NCBI RefSeq assembly: GCF_964355755.1
Contig: NC_092677.1
Location: forward strand, 24,105,175-24,169,174
Direction: 5' to 3'
Length of the DNA stretch: 64,000 nucleotides
From: Antedon mediterranea
Taxonomy: Eukaryota; Animalia; Echinodermata
The notes under the pieces were generated by a model, which ran no database searches, was not told where the DNA came from, and saw only the letters and a program-made list of their open reading frames with translations. The position numbers and the translations under genes were made by a program. Of this stretch, positions 28,750 to 41,749 are shown piece by piece (within the stretch, counting starts at the first letter, position 1; the number at the start of each line of letters is the position of its first letter).

Positions 28750-28940
28750 ATTATACAAGAGAAACTTTATTTGTCGGTCTTCAGCAAACCCGATTAAAAG
28801 AACGGACTAAAAATGACAAAAAATGAAAAATATAAAACAGTAAACATTAAAAATCTTAATGTTAAAAATGTATAGTTACAAATTACATTCTAGAGACACC
28901 AGTGTTAAAAATATGAACAGAGTTTGGCACAAAAGAATGT
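28750..28940 (-). mobile_element. Possible 3' end of an L2/Rex1-type LINE
   Basis: Minus strand HSFVPNSVHIFNTGVSRM* resembles the RT C-terminal SFxPxxIxxxN motif and is followed by a T-rich UTR. Confidence 0.3.
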
Positions 28941-29101
28941 AATATTAAAAATGTGTTTTAATGAATTCATGCTAATTTCCCTTTATCATAAGAAGATACC
29001 ATGTTAAAATCATTTTACTGAATTAACTACGTTTTTTTTTCTCTTTGACCTGTTATGCAATACTATATATTTTGAAGCAACCTTTTTCAGGAGGTCATCA
29101 T

Positions 29102-29356
29102 ACACAATGTTATTACAGTGATTGAAACAAAGTTGCATGAGTACAACACTTTAGTTACTTCAGTAACTGCAGTAGAATTATTTTGACATCCCACATTACA
29201 ATGTTTAAATACTGAAAAACACAATGTTATTACAGTGACTGATTAATAAACTTTGAAACAAAGTTGCACGAACAACACATTAGTTACTGCAGTAACTACA
29301 GTAACTGCAGTAGAATTATTTTGACATCCCACAGTGTTTAATTAAATACTGAGAAA
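29102..29356. repeat. Tandem duplication, ~117-137 bp x2
   Basis: acacaatgttattacagtga...ttgaaacaaagttgca...cagtaactgcagtagaattattttgacatcccaca occurs twice. Confidence 0.85.
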
Positions 29357-30560
29357 TATGATTTCATATTACAAGATTGTTAATAAGTTTAATGTATAAT
29401 CTTTTCTATGAATTATTAAATCAGAGAGGTTTCAAAAAATCTTTTTTATAATTTGTATACTCCCTGATTTATAATTTGAATATACTTTAAATTCAGTTGA
29501 ACTATGTGTAGCCTTTGATATTGAATAATTGGATTTTGCTTCAAGTGAGCAAGTGTCACATATGCAATCATATTAGCAAATTAATCTAACACATTATCTG
29601 TTATGCTTAATGTTTAGTGCCTGACATCATAGCATTTAAGTTATTATTGATTGTAAAGGTAAATAAGCTCATTTGAGTCAAAGGTTAAAGGTCATGACAT
29701 TTAATAATGTATTTAATTTAAATGTGGCATGATTTTCTAATAAAATAAAAAAATAATAATATATAAATAAAATAAGTGTTAATTTTACTTAGATAATGTT
29801 TTGTGATTATGCCATTATATTAAATTTTAACCTTCTATATTCTACTATGGATTTTTGATTAATGAATTTTTATAAACATAAATATTTAAATTGGTGATAA
29901 AGTGCAGCGATTGATTTTATAATTTTGTTGAACCATTGAGGTCAGATTAATACAGTTAATTAGTCAATTTTAAATCATCTATACATACATGTACAATAAG
30001 CATCAATTTTCTATTAATCAAAATCATAAATAATTAATAAATAATAATGGTGATGATTGATAATCAATATTTTAAATCTTGGTCAAATGGTGATAAAAAA
30101 CATTACAAATTTAGATCAGATTAATTTAAATAATTTGCATATGTGATATTATGTTCTAAATCTTATCATATGTTATTTTGAGTCATGGCCGCCAAGATTT
30201 AATCGTCTCCAGTTGAAATATAGACATTAATTTCTTTCGAGTATCATAAACAATTCATTTGAATATAGGACATACCATGAACTCTTTGGCTCACTCTCAT
30301 GTTGAAATGATAATTGTTTGGACATTTAATTTGAAACTTGGATTTAATGTGTAACTCTGATCTTGATAGACATACATTTTGTTACTCCAAACTGGATCAG
30401 TAAAATATGGATTTTTAGGTTTGTTTGGACTGTAGTTTGTTCACACTATCTTTTCTCCATACATTGCCATTTTAGCTTGTTTTCTGTTAAAATGCTGATA
30501 TACCCCAATGGAATGTATCAATACAGTACAAGTTAAAATTCATTCATTGGAGTGTACTTC

Positions 30561-31155
30561 TGAAAGACACGTTTCCTACGTATTTTCAATTTTAATTTAA
30601 GGTCACATAACTGCATTTTATGTAAAAATAAGTACAGTAGTACTTACAGTATATGGGATTTTCAAGTTAAAAATGTAAAGTACAAGTCGATTCTAATAAT
30701 TTAAGCGGCCCGCTATAAAGACCAGCATGCATTGCGGGCGGAGTGGTATTTTAATTTTTCTTCTGTGTTGCACCCACCTTTGATCAATTGTGAAGACCAA
30801 AACAAATGGAAGAACCATTTATACTTGTCAACGAAAATACCAGGTCTTCCCCAACTAACAAATTATGCCAAAAACAGCAACAACTAGACAATGCCAGACT
30901 AACCATACAATATTCATACGTTACCACTATTTACCAGGTAGGCCTACAGAACTAAGCATAGCTAGGCTAGGCCAGGACCACATCCACACAAGAGGACATT
31001 TAACGTAGTGTAGGAATGCATTGTTTCTCTATCTTTATCATATAGTAATCAACCAATCAACGACAATTGGAATGACCTGATTTAATATTTTTATATATAT
31101 ATATTTTTTATTTTAACAAAACAGCAAAAATTGTAGGAGGTGTAAGTGTCTTTAA
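30561..31155 (+). mobile_element. Kolobok-like element family K2, older diverged copy
   Basis: Collinear with 50484-51121 (gcccgctataaa, aaaacaaatggaaga, tacgttacc, taggcctaca); ends gtgtctTTAA. Confidence 0.75.
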
Positions 31156-32346
31156 TATCGCACACACACACCCATTTACTGTACTTTGGATGTAACTCGG
31201 ATATGACTTGATCAGTATCATGCATAGACCGGACTATAGCACAGCTTTGTTGTGGTAGACAAATCAAAATCATTAATACTAGAGAGGCAATTAAGAAGAA
31301 TGCAAATGACTTGAATCCTAGAAGTCATCTTAATGATCGATTGATAATTCTACATTTCTGCATAAACTTAGATACTTTATTCATGAAATAATACTTTTGA
31401 ATATTGGTATTATTTTTATATGAAATACTGTAGAGTATCAACCTACAGGACCATGAGGTGTATGTCAAACAGGAAGTCATGAATCTATCTACCTGTGCAA
31501 TATAGTATTTATTTTTTAAATCAATTTAAAAATAGTACATTTAATTGAATTGAGGCAGTTTAAAATTTTAAATGCTTGTATTGAGCCTTTATATTATAGT
31601 CACATAATTTTGGATGGAAATTTTAATGTTTATTTATTTATTTTAACAATATTTTACGAGGGTGGTCCATCCAGCCCAAGCTGATCATTAGGGACCCTCA
31701 CAGAAATACATCATAACAAGACATAAACATGTATCAATAAAAAATAAATTAAAATAAATATAATTATAAAAGGTCACAAACAATTTAAAATCAAATAAAT
31801 AAATGTAAGTAATTAATTAATTAGTAATTAATTAATTAAATTAATGTAAGTAATGATATTTGTGATATTTACAATTTGTGTTTTTTATATTAGTTTGTGA
31901 ACAAGGTATATTCTTATATATTTCTTTGTATTGTGAATTCATTACAATTTCTTTATCGCTATAGCCCTTGGGTAAAAGAACTACATTAGAGGATTTTTAA
32001 TGACGCAGGTTTTTATCTGACTTAGTGATATAATGATAATGCTAGCCATTCAATGGACTTCATTACTGACACTTGAATTAAAGAAACTTATCGTGCTTAA
32101 GATGGGTCATCAGTGCGTCTAGGGGACAGTAATAAAAATTCATAAATATCATTGATAAAATTAATGGAAATGGAAATTGTCTGGCCAAGAAAGTCATCTC
32201 ATCTGCCAATTTATTTTGAACTGTTATAGATATTCTCAACCTAGGCAAAAGTGTACATGATGTTATGTTAATTGATATAAACTTACAAACTTAATAAACA
32301 TAATAATATTGAATAAATTAAAAGTTAATTAAAAGTTAAATTAAAG

Positions 32347-32626
32347 TTGAAGATGTATTGACCCCCTCCCCCAAAAAACATGAAAAATGGAGATAATAAA
32401 ATCAGACTTTGAACATTCAATTTTGTAGTTTTAAAAAGTTACTCACTTCCGTAGAAAAAATCCAGAAAAAATAATGTTTTTTATAAAATGACAGAATCAA
32501 CCAAAAATCCATTGGCTGCCAGCCAATTTGACTACTTTTTTATTTAAATTAGTTTTTTTCAGGTAAATAATTTGTTTTCCAATCCAATTTTTGGTCAAAT
32601 GTTAAAAAGGGACAATACATCTTTAA
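32347..32626 (+). mobile_element. Kolobok-like MITE family K3 (TIR AGATGTATTGTCCC)
   Basis: agatgtattgacccc ... gggacaatacatctTTAA. Inverted relatives at 33330-33538, 42894-43205 and 63887-64000. Confidence 0.75.
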
Positions 32627-32704
32627 ATAGAACCTCTATTAAGGGGACGCCTTTGGAATCAACAATGTGATAGAAGTGTCACCTGACTATTTTTTTTCAC
32701 CCAT

Positions 32705-32899
32705 ATTTAATGAGGGTGATCCATCCAGCAATTGCTGATCATTAGGGACCCTCAGAGGTTCACAAGACAAACATATACACAAGATGCTCTACAATAAAGA
32801 GTGGAGTTGTAATTTTGAAAAAATCCTGACATGTAACGGGACTTGAACTCAGGACCCTTGGAGTGGTAGCCAAGCATCATAACCACCAAGCCACAACTC
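32705..32899 (-). mobile_element. SINE with a tRNA-Gly-like head and a LINE-type 3' stem-loop tail
   Basis: Minus strand gagttgTGGCTTGGTGGttatgatgcttggCTACCACtccaagggtcctGAGTTCAAGTCCcgttacatg (A-box, Gly-like anticodon loop, B-box). The tail block gagggt..tccatccagc..gctgatcattagggaccctc is shared with 31657-31700. Confidence 0.65.
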
Positions 32900-33329
32900 A
32901 ACGTGGTAATAGATCTAGTTTTAAACATATAATTGTCCCTACTTCCTTTCTCTGTGTTTAGTCTAGAAAGTAAATAAAGTAAACTACAGTATACCAAAAT
33001 CAACAATTATTACATACTGATTTTTTTTTTGTGGCAATTTTTGTCTGTATCTTTGAATTTTATCCTACGATTCTTGAGTACCGGTAATATAGTTTTGTTA
33101 TCTGTACACAAACCATCTTTGTGTTGTTGTACTTACAAATTGAAACCCTCATCAATCTGTTGAACTATAGGTTAACAAGTCTCATATTAAATCAATTATG
33201 TCCAGTAGATCCATATTTTACATGAATGCCAGCAGTGTGTTTATTATTCCATAAACTATAAGTTATCAGATTGTTATCAAAGTTTCTATGTGTCCATTCC
33301 ATTTTAACAAAAACCATAACATAATGACT

Positions 33330-33538
33330 ATCACAAAGTTTGACCACTTTGACGAAAAAATGGATCAGAAAAAAAAATATTTATAAAAAATTTGTTGTTT
33401 TTTTTGTTGAATTTGCCGTTTAAATGGATTTTTTTTCTACAGAAGTGATTTACTTTGTTAAAACTACAAAACGGCCTATTCAAAGTATGATTTATTAATC
33501 TTAATTTTTTATGTTTTTGGGGGACAATGCATCTTTAA
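33330..33538 (-). mobile_element. K3 family partial copy
   Basis: Ends gggggacaatgcatctTTAA and is collinear with 42894-43205. Confidence 0.6.
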
Positions 33539-34086
33539 AACTTATACAACAATATTATAATATATTTTATACAACATATATATTGATTCAGGATTCATTT
33601 ATTATGCAACTATTATAATGAGTACTGTCTGCATACGTGACCTTTCCTTTATGGAGGAAATCCCCAAAAAAACCTTGTACTGTACCTTACCTTTTAGACA
33701 TGACAGTTTCCTAGAAGGACCAGTTAATTGCAATAACAACCTATACTGATCATGCAAAATGTTATTTGTAGAGTCATTAATAAAGTGTCTACCATCTGCA
33801 TACTGTGTCTGGTTATTTTACAATTTCCTAGAAGATCAACAATTAGAAAATTGAATCTTTAAAAGCAACATTTTAGTAGTAAAAGTTAAATTTATGAAGG
33901 ACTATTAAAGATTTTTTTTTATCACTTATGTTTGTTTTTTCCAGAATTAATTATTATGTATGGTTCCTTCCATTCCATTGTTTATGCGGCTATTCAGCTC
34001 TCTCGTATTGTACTATAGATATAAAAAGATGAAATGAAAAAATACCAGTTTTGGTATCCTCTTAGTTTCTTACAAGAAGAATAGAA

Positions 34087-34503
34087 TAGTTCCTTTTTCT
34101 GCTGTGAAATATAACTGGTTTGTGTGAAGAAATTAAACCGAATTTCTTTGCAGACGAAACAGGACAAATTTTTATTAACTGGTTAAATGTCTAAAAATAA
34201 TGGTTAAAAACACCCAATTGATTCGGTGTTAGAACGCCATTTAACCTTACTGCTGTGCAACTTTTGCTGCCAAGCAAAATTGTACAGTATACATTTTCAG
34301 TATATCACTGAAAATTTAAAATTTATTTTGTGCCTCTTACCTTGATGTCAACTACACTGCAGTAATGTTTGAATTGACCGCAGGCCAATTCCATTTTGGG
34401 TATTGCTAACATTTTCCGTTATAATTTAAATCTATTTTGGAATAAACGGTTTATTTGGCGCTATGCAGCAGAAACAGGCGCTATGCAGCAGATACAGGCG
34501 CTA
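34087..34503 (+). mobile_element. PIF/Harbinger-like MITE family H2 (TIR GGGCCTGTTTCTGCTGC)
   Basis: Inverse-collinear with 46731-47124. The right TIR region is duplicated as a 20-bp tandem (ggcgctatgcagcagaaaca). A fragment also lies at ~27515-27690. Confidence 0.7.
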
Positions 34504-34939
34504 TATTACCAAGAGAACAAGTACAATTTGTTATAAAAATTGGGTTCAATGTGTCATTTGTTATTTTTAAAAGCCTTCCATCCCATTTTAAAATCCTGGA
34601 TCCGTCGTGATAATGTTAATTTTCAGTAGTATGTGATCTGAACAGATCAGACAATGTTCTATCTACAGTTGGCAAAGCATAAGTTGAACCAGTGGCAATC
34701 ATATGGGAGTTAGTGCTATAATGCGCTTTATTGAGCTTAGCTTCTAGTAAATGTCAGGGGTGAGTCATTATCATGTAGTCTACGACCCCTGGCAATATAG
34801 CATGACACATGAAGAGCAAAGAGTGAAAAACATTAATGAATCAACAAACCATTGGTGAATGTCACATTTTAAGTTTACAATTAATGGTCAACTGAAATAT
34901 TACATTTTACAGGTGAAAAAATAAAGTATCATAATATTA

Positions 34940-35228
34940 GGGCTCGTTTCTACTATGAGACATGCAAATAATATTACCACCAATTTCTTGACAGCAGAAA
35001 CGGGCCAAATTCCAAATACGTAATCGGATAAATCACATTCTCAAAATAACGATTAAAAGCATTGATTGGTGTTCGAACGTCATTTACGCAGTTAGCGCTG
35101 TGTTACTAGGTCCATCTCAAAATAATTTTTTTTAAACATAAACTTATCAGTAAATATCCATTTAATTTTGTAATTTGTTTTCAAATAACTATAATAATTA
35201 TTCAGTATTTTACAAGAGAAACAGGCCC
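34940..35228. mobile_element. H2-related MITE
   Basis: tta-gggctcgtttct ... agaaacaggccc-ta termini; internal attgattggtgttcgaacgtcattta is shared with H2. Confidence 0.6.
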
Positions 35229-35869
35229 TATTGTATGTAATTCTGTTAATTGATATCTATGTGGTGGTTTAAAAAGTTTAATAAAGTTTTAAAGTATATG
35301 CATATATTTTACTATGTCCTCTCATGGATTAAAGAATAGAAGGATATGCATCAACGGTGACATCAAACGATTTTACAACGCGCTTGCCTATACTAAAGCA
35401 CTGCTGCCAATCAAACAAACACGCTCATTGAACTCCGTGTCTTTAACCGCGGCCCTCTGTAAAACGCTGCGAATCAACTGTTACATTTTTTGAGACCAAA
35501 ACGTAACCATGTAGAAATCGTATGCGCAGTCTGAATGTTCTATTGACATGTCTGCGTCAATGATTAATTGACAACAAAAATATATTGCTGAATAATTCTG
35601 TTTTAGTTACATCACAATCGGACTACGAAAAGTTCACTTTCTTACGACTGGTAATTTTAAGTAGTTGGTAACATTAATAAAATATGCAATTTTTATATTT
35701 GAATTATCATTATTTGCCTGCCATCTTCTGTCATTAAAAATTGCGTTAATCTATAGAATATTAAATTATGCATTTGACCATGTATGTTGTTAGCGTGGCC
35801 GGTATTCACCCATACAACAATCGTGTAAATCTCCTTAATTATCGATGTGATTATATTTAAATTGTAGTG

Positions 35870-36085
35870 CCTGGTGATTGGCTAGTGGTTATGTCATCCA
35901 CATCACATCCAATCACCGGGTCTAATTGAATGAAAACAGCGATTCCTGATCCGGGATTGGCTGGCTATGTATAGTTGCGATTCGTTACCTAGCGGTCGTT
36001 TTGAAAAGTACACGCAGGGCAAACTTAATCACGAACAAACGAAGTACCTATTATTATTCACACAAGAAGTAAGACAACGGTGAGT
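35870..36085 (+). promoter_or_regulatory. Promoter-like cassette: three CCAAT boxes, CDE/CHR-like element, short exon and GTGAGT donor
   Basis: ATTGG at 35877, CCAAT at 35909, ATTGG at 35956; AGCGG-tcgt-TTTGAA at 35991-36005; ACG|GTGAGT at 36080. Confidence 0.5.
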
Positions 36086-36481
36086 ATATAGATCATGATT
36101 ACACGTTGTATCTACTACACTTAAGATTAGCCTAGGCCTACCTAGGCAGCATCAATGTCGGCAAATCATATGGTTTACTAGTAAGCCTAGAAGGCCTAGG
36201 CCTAGTATCCTTGCTGATTTTGTAATTTTACATGTATGTAGGCTGAGACAACAAATAAATAGTTATTGTCTCAGATGTAGGGCTACTACAGGTCATAAAA
36301 TGCTACTTTAATGTCATAAAAACATTAGCGTAGATCAATCGCGGCAGAAACCTATACTAATTACAATTATAGCATCTACAATTCTAAGCCAATAACAATA
36401 TAGTATTGTTTTTATCTGGTATATTGATGAAGTAGGCCTACACTAGGGTCTTCACAATAACATACAATGTAATTTAATAAC

Positions 36482-36682
36482 TAGTGGCGTGAGGCCCGGG
36501 CGTGAGGCAGAGGCCTGAAGCCACTTGTTTAGGAAACCTAAGTGGCCCTCCAAGTTTCAAAGATCGAGGCCTTGGACGTTTTTAGCATTTTTCGACATAT
36601 TTTATGCCTGTTCCTCTGGGCACTGCTCATGGGCCCCAAGCTTCGGTTTAGCCAGTGAGCGCACATAGCCGTTACGCCACTG
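36482..36682. mobile_element. hAT-like MITE nested inside the P-like element
   Basis: Termini tagtggcgt / ttacgccactg; homologous to 18463-18582. Confidence 0.6.
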
Positions 36683-37693
36683 ATTATACTGTTCAAATAT
36701 GTATGAATACATACAGTGCAACAAAGAACGCGCGAAAGAAGCGTAGTCAACAAGGTTAAATGTCGTTGCACATGTGCAGTAAACAATATATTAGGCACGC
36801 GACCGTTTCGTTGTTACCATGCGGTTAATTAAATTGTAACATTGTGGGCGGTCCGCGGTCTGTCGGCGAGAGTCAAGGAACCCTTGATCTCACGTCGATG
36901 CATATCCTTCTATTCTTTAATCCATGGTCCTCTCAGGTAATATAAAGTACTAATTGTATAGTATCTTGTATCTTGGAACTGCGAGTTGTCATAGTTGAGT
37001 CAAGCAGTATGTACATAATATAGACATTATGAATAAAGTAATATTTTTTCTGTGGGAAAACAGAGAAAATGTCTTGTGCTTGTATAAGCATAACATATAA
37101 CCTGGCAGAATTTAAATTTATGTCAAGTGAATTTGGTTAACATTCACTTTATTTTAAGTCATCCATTTATAATAGAATGTAACTTGTGAACAAAAAAAAA
37201 ACGTTTGAATAAATCTATACACCTTTGATACATATTTTTTCTAATACATATGTACTTAATACTATTTTACTTAAATTGAATAAAATAGGAAATGAATGAA
37301 AGGCCCACTGGGATCCTGTGCTGTTTCTCAGTCAAGTTATATCTAATTAAATAATTTGTGGTTTTGTGAGTGGTGAAAGTTTCCTGGACTCTATTTAGAT
37401 CTTTTTTGGTTTATATGGTGAAATATATAATTCCTTACACTTTTTCAATTGTTATTTTGAGGTGTTTTCTTTTAGCAAATCAGTGTATTATTAGAATCCT
37501 TGTTATTAAATTAACATGACCAACACTAGTTCAATTCAATAAGGTTTGTTTTGAAAAACATTTAATATCTAGTACTCTTCTTCAGTAATCTTCTTCATTT
37601 TTTATCAATACCTGACTGAATAAACCATTTGTTTAAACAATATTATTTTGTCAGCATTATGAAAAGAATTCTTCTCAATAGAAACAAGCTCTT

Positions 37694-37830
37694 TAACACT
37701 CTGTCTACACCATCAAATTGTGATATGCCCATTTATGGTAGGTAATCATGTGATATTATGGTATCCTTATATAAATATGGGCACATCACATTTTTGTCAC
37801 ATAAAGTTTGATAGTGTAGACAGAGCCTAA
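37694..37830. mobile_element. MITE family A, short copy
   Basis: TIRs ctctgtctacaccatcaaa / tttgatagtgtagacagag. Confidence 0.8.
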
Positions 37831-38039
37831 GTTTTCCACTGTCAAACTAGGTCATTATGAACTAATTGATGTTGTGTGGTTGTAGTCTGTATTGATTACA
37901 GCTCACAGAAATGACCTAACATTTACTAGTCAAGGAAGGAAAAGGCCAAGAAGTTATCATTCTATAATATTCAAATCACATATTGGAGATGCAAAAGGCT
38001 AGACTCCACCAGTTGACTAGAGAAACATTAATATTGAAT

Positions 38040-38541
38040 AAATAAATGTTAACTTTTAGTTAAACCAGTTGACAAGTACTTACTTGCTACGTTTTAGCTA
38101 CTTTCAGTAGCCTTGGTCACGCAAATGACGTTGACATGATGTTCTGTCATTCGTCATAGTTCGGTGAATTGCGCCACCTCTCGTCTGATGTTCAGCTTTC
38201 TGCTGGTGGCCCCCTTTGGATGCTCGTGTGTCCCTTTTTATTAAGTCATCGTAGATGTGGCTCAGTTCATGTCCTCCCTGGTCTCTGTTGATGTTCATAT
38301 TCGTTTTTCTTATCCAAATGGCTTCTTTTATTTTTCTTGATAAGTAGTGTTGTTCTTTGTCTAATATTTTTGTATTTTCAAAATCCGGTATGTGATTTTC
38401 TATGGTGGCATGATCTGTGATAGCTGATTTGTGTAGAATTTTAGATTGTGAATGGCGAGCGCTCCTGGTTCTTGTCCCTACCGTATTTTTTTCCACGTCT
38501 GTTTTGTGTTCTATTATTCTTGTTTTTAATGTTTTTTGAGA
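38040..38541 (-). mobile_element. 5'-truncated Penelope-like retroelement (C-terminal half of a GIY-YIG endonuclease plus terminal repeat sequence)
   Basis: Minus-strand frame KTLKTRIIEH...SAITDHA..ENH.PDF..TKILDKE....RKIKEAIWI.....NRDQG..LSHIYD is typical of PLE GIY-YIG domains. Flanked by an exact 13-bp direct repeat ATTAATATTGAAT (38027-38039, 38542-38554). Confidence 0.85.
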
Positions 38542-38943
38542 ATTAATATTGAATGTTATTGGTGTCGTCTAGTGTAATTCAGATGTAATGTTTTTAACAA
38601 CAAACTGACTGATGTACTCATGTACACTAAATAATACATTGACAAATATTCTATCAATTGTTTTTGTTTTTTTTTTTTATACTAAAAAAAGAATTTATTT
38701 ATTTTTTCTTCTTTAGATGTGGTAATACCATTCTATATAAATTTATTAAAATTTTATGTTGGAAATTTACTGTATACATTCTGAATTTTCTTGATACAGA
38801 AAAAACTAATTTGTTATGAAAGAAAAATATATTTGTATAATAAATATTATTTATTATTTTATTTTTTATACTAGGTAGCCTTTTCAGTCAAAGAGGGCCC
38901 AGTGTATAGTTCTATGATCTTATAGATAAAAGATACTAAAATC

Positions 38944-39188
38944 TAAAGGTTTTTCTACACATCAAACGTTGTTATGTTGTTATGTGCCCATATGGACATG
39001 ATGATGTCATATAACTACCACATTTTGGCGCACATCACATTTTTGTCAAATTAGTTTGATATTGTAGACAGAGCATATATAGACATGATGATGTCATATA
39101 TTATCACTACCATATTTGGGCAAATTACTATCATATTTGTGCACATAAAATTTTTGTCAAACTAGTTTGATAGTGTAAACAGAGCTTA
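38944..39188. mobile_element. MITE family A copy with a duplicated right half
   Basis: One degenerate left TIR and two right TIRs (~39055-39074 and ~39165-39187); 21-bp-type internal units. Confidence 0.75.
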
Positions 39189-41749
39189 AAAAGAAAAAAT
39201 AGGTTATGAAGTTTAGAATTTGGATTCACAAGATGAGTTCATGAGTCATTTAATCTTTGTTAAATTGAAATTTGACAGTTAAAATCCATTTGACGTACAT
39301 CAGATTGTTGATGAAGTTATTAACGACAGTCTGTAGAATTTATTTAATTATCTTATTGGTTGATTTCCAATACGTCTTTTCTGAACGATTAAAGCATTGT
39401 GATATAAGAGGAATCATCAGACAGTTTTTGTAAAATAGATGAAAATTGTATTTTAGGATTCTTATCAACCGTTGACAACTTTCTAAGCTTAGTGTATATC
39501 TCGTGAGAAACATTTTAGCAATGTAAAAGCTAATTTTATATTGATCTAACTTTGTAAAAGTAAAATTGAATTTTGGTATTAAGAGAACTTATATATCTTC
39601 AGGCCTAAAAAAATAACCATATTAAGGATGACAGCTAATAAATAATTTTATATATGATTTTGTATATGATGTTATTGGGAGAGTTCCGGTTTTCAAAGAG
39701 TCTGATATTGGGAAAGTTGACATACACACGCATGACGTATATTTATTTTGCCTCACTCAGGAAAATGCCCAAATGAATTTTCTACTACAAAAATATGCTA
39801 ATCATAATATGTATGCTAAAATCTATATTTTTTACAAAAAAGGTGGATTCAAAAGTGCTGTAAAAGTATTTTTATAATCCAACAAGTCATTATTTAGACA
39901 AATCATCTTCTCTGTTCAGCAAAACCTGTTTTAGTGAAATATTTAGCATTTTTTCAAATCTGAGATTATAGAAAATCAAATCTATTTAGCATCAGTCATT
40001 CCAAAAGACTAATTTATAGCAAACTTGTCCATCAGGAATCTATTTTTAATGGGAAAACGTGAGGTCAGTTCTCAAAAATTTTTCCTTGATCATGTCTGAA
40101 GAAATATAAATTAACATACATGGTGGCGGTTCTATGATGGTCTCGTCAATGTGTCTAGCTCACGCTAACCCCAGTTCCCCCACAGTTGGGTTTTCTATGT
40201 CTAAACGTGATATTCTAAGATGTTGTGTGTAAAAAGAAACCAGTTATATTTTTCCTGTCAAACCTCCTGAAGGCCAGAAGACTTTCCTTGACCTATCACC
40301 TGTAAAAGCTATCATAATTTCTTAGGAATCAAAATACTAAACTGCCACCTGAAAAGGCCAGTGGGTCAAAGTGAGGGTCATCGTACTATTGGCTTAAATA
40401 AATACCAGCTAGATCTTCTTTAGTGTCTTCAAGTTCAAACGGGGTTTTGTTTCAGCTTCTCTTTTACCTTTTCCAGGTGTCTATTATGCCAGTGGAAGAA
40501 TAAAACGAATAAAACGCAGGAACTTTAAAGCAGGCTATATAAGTGCTTAGTTTGGCTGGTATCCAAACCGGGACTAGGTCAGGCAATGCCTGGATTCCTG
40601 TGAGGCATAAATGTAGATTTGTCCTGACATTGTGTACCTGGGTTTCGTTAACGCTAATTGACGAACGGCAGTTGAAACGATTACGTGATTCTAGTACCTT
40701 GTTTTTGGTTGATGCTTTTAAGATTCAAGTTATTAAAATAATTCTGCTGACTGTTTATTTTTGCGAAGCTCCACATGATTTTATCCCCATGGCTTTATTT
40801 TATAAAGACAGATAAAGTGTGCTTAAGGGTACATTGAAAAGACTTTAGTTACCTGGGTTCAGATTTTACGATAACCCTGCTGTTTTTTTTAACTTGGCAG
40901 AATTCCATTAACTTGTTATTCCCAAGTGTCACAACTAAAACATACACTTTCATTTACTCCAAAAAAAAAAGTGAATTTTACTATTATTTGTAAGTTTTTT
41001 TATGTTTTCATGTTATGAATTAAATTTTAAATGCATGGATACAGATGATTCACACAGGAACAAAACTATACAAAATAAATTTTCCTTTGGGAAAATATAA
41101 TATTTTTAAAATACACAATTTTATTTTTTTACTAAAGCAAAAGAAAACAGTAGATTATTTTTGGTTGTACATGTTTCATGTACACATGTTAAACGAAATA
41201 TAGTTAAAATAGTATAGAAAAATAAAATAAAGCCCAGATTTTAATCCACTATGAATACAATAATCATACCATGGTTCTTGTTGTCAGAAGGTTCTCATAT
41301 TTTTAGTGCTTTTCGGGGTCAGATATGGGTCACATGACTTGAGGCAATTTGAACAGGGGCCAAGGTTTAGGTCTTAGGTCAGGTGCAGCAGTTTTCAATC
41401 TTACAAATTTGATGATTTGCAGCCTATCAAAAAGTACAGTGTACCTTTACCTTTTAGTGCTTTAGGCAAACTGAATAGTGTGATGATTTGGCTGGCTATG
41501 AAGATCAGTCTTATACAATATCCATACAAATGGAATACATACTACAAAGTAGGTCTTTCATTTCATCGGACTTAGACAGATATTACCCAATTCTGTGAAT
41601 TAGCTTTTTAATTTCGGTAGTAAAATTTCCATTGTAAATAGAAAATGTATGTGTCGTACTAAATGCACATGTTTGTGGCTGTGTGTGAACTAGCACAACA
41701 GGGTACTGTATCCTTATATGTACTTGTATCGAAAGATGTACTAGGTTCT

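Larger units (their letters stand above)
35323..36926. mobile_element. 1.6-kb non-autonomous P-superfamily-like DNA transposon
   Basis: TIR CATGGATTAAAGAATAGAAGGATATGCATC is perfect over 30 bp and extends imperfectly to ~43 bp. Exact 7-bp TSD GTCCTCT at 35316-35322 and 36927-36933. CATG termini with a 7-8-bp TSD are characteristic of the P superfamily. No transposase ORF. Confidence 0.85.

Noticed and set aside
32828-32899. Functional tRNA-Gly gene
   Set aside because: The acceptor stem pairs poorly, the anticodon reads ACC, and it is attached to a retroposon-type tail. Better explained as a SINE head.
40450-40560. Strong splice acceptor (ttctcttttaccttttccag at 40476)
   Set aside because: All three frames stop within ~25 codons and no good donor follows. 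It cannot be excluded as a non-coding or terminal exon, but is unsupported.
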